Of a DNA stretch of 64,000 nucleotides, positions 1 to 6,850 are shown one piece after another; positions within the stretch are counted from its first letter, which is position 1, and the number at the start of each line of letters is the position of its first letter. The notes under the pieces were generated by a model. The model did no database searches, had not been told where the DNA came from, and saw only the letters and a list, made by a program, of their open reading frames with translations. The position numbers and the translations under genes are program-made. Source of the DNA: Bryobacterales bacterium (GTDB lineage: Bacteria; Acidobacteriota; Terriglobia; Bryobacterales; UBA6623); assembly GCA_965200705.1 (NCBI GenBank), contig OZ241376.1, positions 2,210,813-2,274,812 on the forward strand, in the 5' to 3' direction.

Positions 1-2765
1 GCCTCGTCCTGCAGCGATCCACACTGCGCGATGACGCACTGCCCGCGTCGGAAGTCCAAGGCGTGCAGCATCTCGGCGTCGCCGTTGACGACGATGTTGG
101 GGTTGTGCGTCACGACGATGATCTGCCGCTGCACCTTGTTCTTGCGGATCAGCCGCACGATCAGGTCGTAGATCAGATGGTTGTCCAGATCGTCTTCGGG
201 CTGGTCCAGCACCAGCGCTTCCGTACCGTGCGCGAGCAGGAAGGCCAGCATCGCGGCCGAGCGCTGGCCGGCCGACGCCTGGGCGATGGGACGGAAGTCG
301 GTCCCGTCCCCCGCACGGTTGTAGTCGATACGCAACGCGTCCTCGGGGAACCACGTCAGCAGGTGGTCGAGGAGGGCGGGCCGGCGTTGCGACTCGCGCG
401 CCAGAAGGTTGTTGAAGTGGCCACCGAAGTCACCGTTTCCGGTGCAAGCACGTTCCAGGCGCGCCTTGAGACCGGCGATGCGCGCTTCGAGGGCCGCCGA
501 GCGCTTCGCGGGGTCCTCCGGCAGTTCGTCGAGCAGATCCGCTACGACGCCCTTCCTAGGCTGATCGTCTTCCAAGACGAGGATGTCCGCGCTGAACCGG
601 TCGTCGAGAACGTCCAGTGCCTCGCGCAGCGATCGTTCAATGACGCGCGGGTCGTCCCCGTAGGCGCGGCTCCGGATGCGCACGAAGGGGTTCTGCGACA
701 GCGTCTGCTCTAGGAAGGCGTTCCGGGCGCCGCTCACCCCGCGGCGGGCTTCCTGCATCGCCGCGAGCTGCTCCCGCGCTTCGCGCACCAGTCGGTCACG
801 TTCCTCCTGCACCGAGTCCAAGCGCGCCCTCTCGCCGTCGAGAAGCTGTCGGACCTGGGTCAGGTGGCCGTACTCGCTCGGGTCGCTCACGCCCTCCGCG
901 CACAGCGTCTCGATCAGATTCCTGTAGTTGGCGGCGGCCCCGTCCACGGCCGACTGCCAGGCGCTCGCTCGCAGTCCGGCGCCCTGGGACTCCGCGGCCT
1001 CGCGCAGGCGTCGCGCGCTGTCCTGAAGGCTCGATGCGGCGGTGCGCACATCGGCGGCGAGGGCGGCGATGACCGCGGTGGCCTGCCGGTCCGTCTCTTC
1101 GTCGGCATCGAACAGACCGTCGGGCGGATCCGCCGGCTCGAGTTCCGCCGCCACCCGTTCGATGTGATCGGCCATCGCCGCGGCCTCCTCGATCTGGCGA
1201 TCCGCTTCCACGCGCTGACGGTTGCGACGCCGGTAGCTCGTCAGGATCTCAGCATGACCGGCCTCCTCGAAGCGTTTCAACTTGCGCTCCACGTCCTGCT
1301 GCTGGACGACCACCTCGTCCCGGCGGCGCAACCGGCCGTCCAGCTCGCGAATCCGCGCCCGCAGGGCGAGAAAGGCGTCCCGTGCCTCTTGCAGGCGTTC
1401 CCGTGGTGCCGTTGCCCCCGCCGCCTCGTCGATCACCTGCATCAGCGCCTGCTGGTTCTCGCCCGCCAAGGCCGCAATCTGTCCCTGGCTGAACAGGCGG
1501 ATCGGGAATCGATCGCCTGTGACACTCTGCACTGGCGACGCGGACCAGGTGCCGTCGGGCGTCTCTTCCTCGACCGTGCATCGGTCGGCATCCTGTCCCC
1601 AGCGCACCCGATACCGCACGCCGTCGCGCATCACCGTCCAGCGGATCTTCGTCTCCCGGGTCAGTCCGCCGCGGTCGGACCGGTTCGTGGGCACCCGGGC
1701 GAACGCCTGGAAGACGACGCGGGGCTGACTGCGCTCGTCGAGACGCTTCAATTCGTGTTCACGTCGGGCGGCGAGCCTCAGGGCGTGGACGACGGTGGAC
1801 TTGCCGGTGCCGCGCCCTCCCACCAAGGCGTTGAGCCACGGGCTGAACGTGAACCGTGCCGGGACGCCGCGGCCCATGTATTGGGCGCAGTCAATCTCCA
1901 CCTCTTCCACGAAGTGTTCGGGAAGTGCGCACGGATCGAAGGGCTCCGGCTCGTCACTCCGGCGGACCGAGAAGCCCTTGCCGTCCAGCAGCGCGAGGCG
2001 CAGTCCGGGCAGCGACGGCGCGGCCATCTTGATCCACGTGTAGTGGGACCCGGGAAAGCGAGTGCCTGTGTCTTGGCTCGGGTGATGCGAGTCCGATCCG
2101 AGCACTTCGGCCCAGTCGAGCCGCCGCTGGCGATAGGATTCAGGTTTGACGGACCGCGGATCGACGACCTCCATCGCGAATAGGCCGACTGCGTCTAGCA
2201 GCGGCGCCAGCGTGCTTCCGGCCAGTCCCCAAGCTCCGCTCGGTCCATCGACATGAGCGAGAATCGGGATGCCGCCAGCGTTGCCGATTGCTTCGACCAC
2301 GCCGGTGGGTGCGCTGTTCGCGGCCACGTCGCTCGCACCCCACTGGCCGCGGTAGCCGACGGTCCCGAGCAGAGCCGCAATATCAGCGGACGACTTGTCG
2401 GCATCGAGTATTGCTAGGATGTGCACGCCGCCGCCGGCGCTGATCTCCACGCCGGGGAACAGATGCAAAGGGAGGAAGTCGGGGTGCGCATCGCGCTCCA
2501 ACTCGCCTAGTGCCTCCCGCAGCCGGTCAAACCACTCTCCCGAGTTGTGATCCGTGACCGCCACGCAGTCCACGCCGGCCCTCATGAAGTTGAGCAGCCA
2601 GTCCCGCGGGGCGATCTGGCGCAGGGACGCCTGATCCGTCCCTTTGCCGTAGTCCCGGGACGCCGGCGTGTGGGCATGCAGGTCGCATTTCCACCACCGT
2701 GCCCCCGGGTAGCGCCAGCGACCGCCGTCGCCACCGGCGCCGCTCGCGCCCCAGCTCGTCGTCAT
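1..2765 (-). CDS. PHP-domain / SMC-ABC-type ATPase fusion protein (resembles what I recall as 'TrlF family AAA-like ATPase'); C-terminus lies beyond the window
   Basis: The minus frame is open from the ATG at 2765-2763 to the window edge. It is absent from the track only because there is no stop inside the window. N-terminus MTTSWGASGAGGDGGRWRYPGARWWKCDLHAHTPASRDYGKG..AVTDHNSGEW..LGSDSHHP has PHP-type metal ligands. Walker A LVGGRGTGKST lies near 1795-1825 and is followed by a long coiled coil. ASAGQRSAAMLAFLLA..LVLDQPEDDLD..VVTHNPN (ABC signature, Walker B, D-loop) lies near 100-285. Confidence 0.8.
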   Translation of the reverse strand, partial: MTTSWGASGAGGDGGRWRYPGARWWKCDLHAHTPASRDYGKGTDQASLRQIAPRDWLLNFMRAGVDCVAVTDHNSGEWFDRLREALGELERDAHPDFLPLHLFPGVEISAGGGVHILAILDADKSSADIAALLGTVGYRGQWGASDVAANSAPTGVVEAIGNAGGIPILAHVDGPSGAWGLAGSTLAPLLDAVGLFAMEVVDPRSVKPESYRQRRLDWAEVLGSDSHHPSQDTGTRFPGSHYTWIKMAAPSLPGLRLALLDGKGFSVRRSDEPEPFDPCALPEHFVEEVEIDCAQYMGRGVPARFTFSPWLNALVGGRGTGKSTVVHALRLAARREHELKRLDERSQPRVVFQAFARVPTNRSDRGGLTRETKIRWTVMRDGVRYRVRWGQDADRCTVEEETPDGTWSASPVQSVTGDRFPIRLFSQGQIAALAGENQQALMQVIDEAAGATAPRERLQEARDAFLALRARIRELDGRLRRRDEVVVQQQDVERKLKRFEEAGHAEILTSYRRRNRQRVEADRQIEEAAAMADHIERVAAELEPADPPDGLFDADEETDRQATAVIAALAADVRTAASSLQDSARRLREAAESQGAGLRASAWQSAVDGAAANYRNLIETLCAEGVSDPSEYGHLTQVRQLLDGERARLDSVQEERDRLVREAREQLAAMQEARRGVSGARNAFLEQTLSQNPFVRIRSRAYGDDPRVIERSLREALDVLDDRFSADILVLEDDQPRKGVVADLLDELPEDPAKRSAALEARIAGLKARLERACTGNGDFGGHFNNLLARESQRRPALLDHLLTWFPEDALRIDYNRAGDGTDFRPIAQASAGQRSAAMLAFLLAHGTEALVLDQPEDDLDNHLIYDLIVRLIRKNKVQRQIIVVTHNPNIVVNGDAEMLHALDFRRGQCVIAQCGSLQDE

Positions 2766-3024
2766 CGCGCTCCCTCCATGTGCGCCGGCCCGTCCAGCGT
2801 CCCGGCGACGAGCTCGTCGCCGGCTGTGAACCATCGGGTCTCGGCATCGAACGCACGGGTAGCCGCCTGGATAGCCTGAACCTCTCGCTCCCCGAAATAC
2901 GGTTCGCCGCACTGCCGGCAGAGCTGTGCCGGTACGGCGACGAGCACCAGTGATAACCCCGTCGGTCGACGTGGAGCGGCTCCGTCGAGCGTTGCATCTC
3001 CCCTCGCCGGTGCATGCAGGTCAT
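2762..3024 (-). pseudogene. YgiT/MqsA-type zinc-ribbon antitoxin-like gene, frameshifted
   Basis: It starts MTCMHRRGEMQRSTEPLHVDRRG in one frame and continues LSLVLVAVPAQLCRQCGEPYFGEREVQAIQ in another. The span is 263 nt, not a multiple of 3. The second half carries the VPAxxCxxCGExYF motif, while the first CxxC reads C-M-H-R. The stop overlaps the PHP-ATPase start as ATGA (2762-2765). Confidence 0.5.
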
Positions 3025-3236
3025 CGAGTTCTCCCCGTGCGGAATTTCGGTTCCCAGGCGTCCACCGAGAGAGGATACGCTGTGATGACCGCAAGATGGC
3101 CAGCATTCGGTAAGAAAACGTGGATGACCCGTTGTCCGCATCCGCAGCCACGGACCAGACAACTCCGGCCATACGTACTCTTCACGCGATGAGCACGGCC
3201 CTGCGAGTAGGGTGGGACTAGTTCTCGGCGGCCGGA
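3021..3236 (-). pseudogene. DUF4258-like toxin remnant
   Basis: A stop-free 50-codon stretch (3173-3024) reads YGRSCLVRGCGCGQRVIHVFLPNAGHLAVITAYPLSVDAWEPKFRTGRTR*. This matches the remembered DUF4258 C-terminal pattern (yGpSCLvlG..GRplHvV....vITvY.Pd..W). The upstream part (..REEY) is in a different frame. The stop overlaps the YgiT-like ATG as ATGA (3021-3024). Confidence 0.45.
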
Positions 3237-3237
3237 T

Positions 3238-3345
3238 CTCGAAGAACAGAACGAGGGCCTCCCTCAGGCTGTCGTGCGCGTCGTCCACCGTCGCCCCCTC
3301 GCCGGCGATGTCCAGTTCGGGGCAGTGAACCACGTAGCCGTCGCC
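3238..3345 (-). pseudogene. HicB/UPF0150-like antitoxin fragment
   Basis: GDGYVVHCPELDIAGEGATVDDAHDSLREALVLFFE fits the HicB N-domain pattern (gY.a.vPeLpGc..qGeT.eEA..n..EAi.l.le). There is no in-frame start at a plausible distance, since the MQFAP start is one frame off, and no credible C-terminus. Confidence 0.35.
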
Positions 3346-3419
3346 GGTGCGAACTGCATCGCCTCGCGCAGATCGCCGGTGTGCCTCGCCGCACGTTGTA
3401 CTCCGTCATGCCGGCTCAT

Positions 3420-3899
3420 GTTGATCACCGTAGCGAAAAAAGAGTAGATCACGACGACGAGGAACAGCAAGAAGAAGATACCCGGCAGACAGGTCTCGAC
3501 GACACTGAGCTTCCAGTAGCGGCTCGTGTCCCGACCCTCTTCCCAGCATTTCCCACTCTCGGGTGAAGAACTGATAGGCCAGCCCCTTCTCCATCTCCTT
3601 TAGGACGCGAAACTTCCCCGTGCTGGGCTGGCGATAGGAGCGGATGATGATATACCAAGAGGCGGACAGCAGCAGGCTGACGCGGACAGCAGCAGGCTGA
3701 CGCCGACAGCGATCAGCACGCACCTCAGCGCGGCATCGCCGACGCCGAATCGGATCAGCGCCGCTAGGAACACCATCAGGCCCACGAGCAGACTGACGTA
3801 CAGCCGATTCGCACCCTCGCGTCGATGGCTCACGCGGTCGGCGAGCTCGGCATGGAGCTTGTACATCTCCAAGTGTTCGTTCTCTGTCGAATCGGTCAT
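3420..3899 (-). pseudogene. Small two-TM membrane protein of the kind that partners TIR-like proteins (I recall the label 'RipA family octameric membrane protein'), with at least two frameshifts
   Basis: GGAG lies 8 nt before the ATG at 3899. It reads MTDSTENEHLEMYKLHAELADRVSHRREGANRLYVSLLVGLMVFLAAL..IAVGVSLLLSA and is then broken by a 20-bp tandem duplication. It continues in another frame as SWYIIIRSYRQPSTGKFRVLKEMEKGLAYQFFTREWEMLG. After a second shift near 3531-3546 it reads EEGRDTSRYWKLSVVETCLPGIFFLLFLVVVIYSFFATVIN. Confidence 0.55.
3662..3701. repeat. Perfect 20-bp tandem duplication (gcggacagcagcaggctgac x2) inside the membrane-protein gene
   Basis: Read directly: 3662-3681 equals 3682-3701. 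The next bases, gccgacagc, form a near-repeat of the unit start (slippage microhomology). A 20-bp unit is not a multiple of 3, so it shifts the frame. Confidence 0.95.
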
Positions 3900-4211
3900 C
3901 GCGAAAGCTCCCTGATAGCGCCGACGATGCTCTAGGTGTTCCACCCGTCGATCCTATCGGCTGCCTGTTTGACGGGCAACGATGTCTTCTGACTACCCCG
4001 CGGTGCGATCGCAATGATCCGCTTCGGGCGCTTGAAGCCGTGTTGCGCCAGATTGAGTTCTTCTTCTATCCACTTGCTGCCCGTGGAGTGGGCGCCGGCC
4101 AAGATGAGAACGACGCCACACGGATTCATCTGGTTGCGAATGGCGTCGCGCAGTTGGGCGACCATTTTGGCGCCGTGAATCGGATCATCACGAGGAACCG
4201 AGTAGATCCGA

Positions 4212-4219
4212 AAACGGAA
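4212..4219. repeat. 8-bp target-site duplication AAACGGAA (left copy)
   Basis: It abuts the left IS end and is identical to 5140-5147. Confidence 0.9.
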
Positions 4220-5139
4220 GGCTCAATTCGCAAAACGTGTGTGTTTTTATCGAAATATTCTATAATTTTTTCGAATAAGGGACTTGGAGCCCATGACCAA
4301 CGAGGAGTTCCAGCGCTGGATGGCCGGGGTGGAGCAGCTGACGACGGCCCAGCGGGAGCGGCTGCAGCAGGTCGCTCAGGAGCAGGGGGACGAAGCGGCC
4401 GCCCTGGCCGCGATCGAGCTGCGCATCGACGAGAGACGGCGCTGCCGGGCCAGCGGCGCGGTCCGGCGCGGCTACGCAAACGGGCTGCGCCGCTACGCCG
4501 CAAGGCCTGCCGGCGGACGGTCAACGCGCTGACCGGGACGCCGCTGGCGGGCCTGCGGGCGCGCGTGGGTGGCCCGCGAGGCGGGAGAGCCGGACGTGCC
4601 GCTGGCCGGGCTGGTGGAGGCCGACGAGACGTGCTTCCGGCACAGCCGCAAGGGGGAGCGGGGCCTGGACCGCACGCCGCGCCGGCGCGGGGGGCCGGCC
4701 AGGCGGCGCGGCCTGTCGCGGGAGCCGGCGCCGATGCGGGGGGCCACGGCCCGCGGGCGAAAAACGGCGGGCGCGGTGCTGGAGACGGCCAGCCAGGCGA
4801 ACCTGCAGGAGGCGCGGAAGCCGCTGCGGGCTCCCGACGCCGTGCTGGTGACGGACGGCGGGACAGGCTGCCCGGGCTGCGCGCGCAGCCTGGGGGTCCA
4901 GCACGAGGCCGTCAACCGGGCAGCGCCTGCCCGGCAGCCACCCCATCCAGACGATCAACCAGCGCCACCGGCAGCTGCAGCAGTTCCTGCTGCCGTTCCA
5001 CGGCGTGGCGACCAAGTGCCTGGGCAACCATCTGCGCTGGCATCAGGAGATCGGTCTGGCCAGCCAGCCCTCTACGCGGGCTTGCCTGCTCGCCTCCTCC
5101 CTGGCACCCCAATGCACAACACGTTTCGCGAATTGAGCC
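4220..5139 (+). mobile_element. IS1595-family insertion sequence, copy 1; transposase gene defective (at least 3 frameshifts)
   Basis: Terminal inverted repeats are GGCTCAATTCGCAAAACGTGTG (4220-) and the reverse complement of cacaacacgtttcgcgaattgagcc (-5139). Transposase pieces lie in three frames: MTNEEFQRW..; ..KACRRTVNALTGTPLAGLRAR; LVEADETCFRHSRKGERG..RRRGLS..VLVTDGG..GVQHEAVN; ..HPIQTINQRHRQLQQFLLPFHGVATKCLGNHLRW. Confidence 0.85.
4261..4266 (+). promoter_or_regulatory. TATAAT box in the AT-rich leader of the IS1595-like transposase
   Basis: A perfect TATAAT sits in a local AT-rich patch about 27 nt before the AAGGGA..ATG (4293) of the transposase N-terminus. No convincing -35 was seen. 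Confidence 0.3.
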
Positions 5140-5147
5140 AAACGGAA
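5140..5147. repeat. 8-bp target-site duplication AAACGGAA (right copy)
   Basis: It abuts the right IS end. To my knowledge 8 bp is the usual IS1595-family duplication length. Confidence 0.9.
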
Positions 5148-5258
5148 ACGGTGTCTCGCCCGCGACAGACGTTTGAGTCGGTCGTAATGATCCGAGCATC
5201 TCCACGAGTGGCTGATGAAAAGGTGATGCGTCCTCATGGCTACTCTCTCGACCCAAAC

Positions 5259-5441
5259 CTACCGGACGTGGCTGGCATCGAACTCCCGCAAGGCTCCTCG
5301 AACCGTCTCGACGAAGTTCATCGCATGGCGGTACGGCGCGTGAATTTCTTCCACTGTCTTCTCCAGCGCGAAATCACCGTAAACCTGATGCACGAGACAG
5401 TCGCGTTCTCTCCCCAGTTCGAGGAACGCCTGTCGATCGCG
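5259..5441 (-). pseudogene. HEPN (DUF86/HepT-like) toxin C-terminal remnant
   Basis: A stop-to-stop open stretch reads RDRQAFLELGRERDCLVHQVYGDFALEKTVEEIHAPYRHAMNFVETVRGALREFDASHVR*. It contains an Rx4H motif (RDCLVH) in the HEPN position. There is no N-terminal half and no suitable start, so it is absent from the ORF track. Confidence 0.35.
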
Positions 5442-5608
5442 TCATTCGGGGTCGCGTTCGGTACGAGCGGGCAGGGTCGCCGTGCGGCTAGACGCCGGGC
5501 CTGGACGTGACGGTCGACGCCGATCGTGTCGACGGCCTGACGGTGCGGCAGCGGACACCCAGCCGGACAGCTGCGGACCACGGCGGCAGGTGCCAGCGTG
5601 CCGCGCCT

Positions 5609-6040
5609 TCATGATTGCAGCGGGTGGCGCCACCTCAAACCTGGAAAGCGGGCAAAGTCGCGGTCGGTCGTGATCCATTCACATCCGTGCTCGATGGCCA
5701 TGGCGGCTAGGTAGGCATCCGGTATCAGGTTGCCCTTTGCGCCCGCCTCGCCGCACAGACGACGAAAGATCCGCCAGTGATCGCGTCCCGGCGTGACAGC
5801 AACGCGATTGGGGCACTGGCGAAGGTCTTCGGCGAACTGTATGGCGTCCATCAACGCGCTCGGAGGCGCAAAGATTCTCGGGTGAGTGACGATACGCAGG
5901 AATCCACTGATGACGAGATCGCTCAGCCCGAACGCGGAGTCGGCATTGACAACCGATTCCAGCCAGTCTCGGTAGGACCGATGGTCAGGCGCGTCCTCGC
6001 GGTGCGCATAGACGAGCACGTTGACGTCGGGCAGGATCAA
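5609..6040 (-). CDS. vapC: VapC PIN-domain toxin
   Basis: MILPDVNVLVYAH..LIPDAYLAAMAIEHGCEWITTDRDFARF shows the typical PIN acidic residues and TTDxDF. A 4-bp overlap joins it to the upstream antitoxin. Confidence 0.9.
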   Translation of the reverse strand: MILPDVNVLVYAHREDAPDHRSYRDWLESVVNADSAFGLSDLVISGFLRIVTHPRIFAPPSALMDAIQFAEDLRQCPNRVAVTPGRDHWRIFRRLCGEAGAKGNLIPDAYLAAMAIEHGCEWITTDRDFARFPGLRWRHPLQS

Positions 6041-6282
6041 TCTGTCCCGTCCATTACGTCCAGCATCGCAGCGGAATCGTCCAAGTCGATACCTGGGCGC
6101 AACCCCCTACCCCCGCTTGTCGTGAGCCGCACTCGCGCACGCGGTTCGGCACGGGTCGCGCTCCGCGCCAGTCGTTCGCGCAGAGACTCCTCGATGATGG
6201 CCGTAAGAGTCATGCCGGATCGGGCGGCCTCTCGCTTGGTCTCCCGAAGGAGCGCATCGCCAAGTCGAATCGTTGTCCTCAT
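6037..6282 (-). CDS. vapB: VapB-type ribbon-helix-helix antitoxin
   Basis: MRTTIRLGDALLRETKREAARSGMTLTAIIEESLRERL is an RHH N-terminus. The likely start is the MRTTIRL Met rather than the track's 6306. Confidence 0.8.
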   Translation of the reverse strand: MRTTIRLGDALLRETKREAARSGMTLTAIIEESLRERLARSATRAEPRARVRLTTSGGRGLRPGIDLDDSAAMLDVMDGTD

Positions 6283-6801
6283 GACGCACATTAGCATACA
6301 ACGCAAGGCATCAATATGTCACAGACCCGAGCACGCCCCATCCCTCGTCTCCCTGTCACGGCGCAAACCGTATCCACGGGTCGGCGCAGGCGCTCCGGGA
6401 CCGCGACCACGAGCCGCACGTGGTGTCGGGCCCTCGCTCGGTTCGCGAAGCCCGACCGCCAGCCCCGGGACCATGCGACCAGTCCGTGCCGCCTTCGATG
6501 CCGTCCTGCATGCCTGGCGACACGCTGTGTCCTGCCCCATTTCATTGCGGTCGAACGTCGTACGGGCCCGAGAGCGAAGCAACGGACCGATGCAGGGAGC
6601 CTTCATGACGACTCGCGGGGTGAGGCCCGGGCAGCTGGAGAGCCAGGCACTCCACGCCCCCGCGACGAGCCACGCGGGAACGCCGTTTCGAGCACCCCCC
6701 GACGGTCCCGGAAGGCCCGGCCCGGGACGGCGGGCGGTGACTATACTGCGGGAATGCCGGACCGGAGGGAAGGGAACGGTCGCTTGACCCTTGCTGCGGG
6801 G

Positions 6802-6850
6802 GCGGGTGCTACCTTTGGTGGCCATCCACCAAGAGCAGGGCAGCGTGGCG
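6802..6850. repeat. Arm 1 of a perfect 49-bp inverted repeat
   Basis: GCGGGTGCTACCTTTGGTGGCCATCCACCAAGAGCAGGGCAGCGTGGCG is the exact reverse complement of 8615-8663. Confidence 0.95.

Larger units (their letters stand above)
3932..5237 (-). pseudogene. TIR-like (DUF1863/ThsB-like) protein gene interrupted by an IS
   Basis: The 5' part (5237-5140) reads MRTHHLFISHSWRCSDHYDRLKRLSRARHRFR. The 3' part (4219-3932) reads ..IYSVPRDDPIHGAKMVAQLRDAIRNQMNPCGVVLILAGAHSTGSKWIEEELNLAQHGFKRPKRIIAIAPRG..DGWNT*. Removing the IS and one target-duplication copy gives 98+288-8=378 nt, one uninterrupted 125-aa ORF. Confidence 0.75.

Noticed and set aside
864-2183. A 439-aa plus-strand ORF, with 63..713+ and other ORFs in the first 2.7 kb
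   Set aside because: The translations are Arg/Gly/Pro/Leu-rich with no motifs. They lie antisense to the clearly motif-bearing PHP-ATPase frame, so they are shadow ORFs typical of high-GC DNA.
2527-3333. A 268-aa minus-strand ORF, with 2762..3172 (136 aa) taken at face value
   Set aside because: Only short sub-segments of each frame resemble real proteins (HicB-like, DUF4258-like, YgiT-like). The long ORFs are read-through chimeras across three remnants and the start of the ATPase gene.
3406-5176. Long ORFs 3406..4014(-) and 4040..5176(+) as genes
   Set aside because: 3406..4014 mixes antisense and off-frame sequence with the middle frame of the broken membrane-protein gene. 4040..5176 runs antisense through the TIR-like 3' half and then through one frame of the IS.
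5442-5608. A nucleotidyltransferase (MNT) antitoxin remnant upstream of the HEPN fragment
   Set aside because: No frame gave a convincing GSxxRG..DxD pattern. The similarity (..AVDTIGVDR..) is too weak to report.
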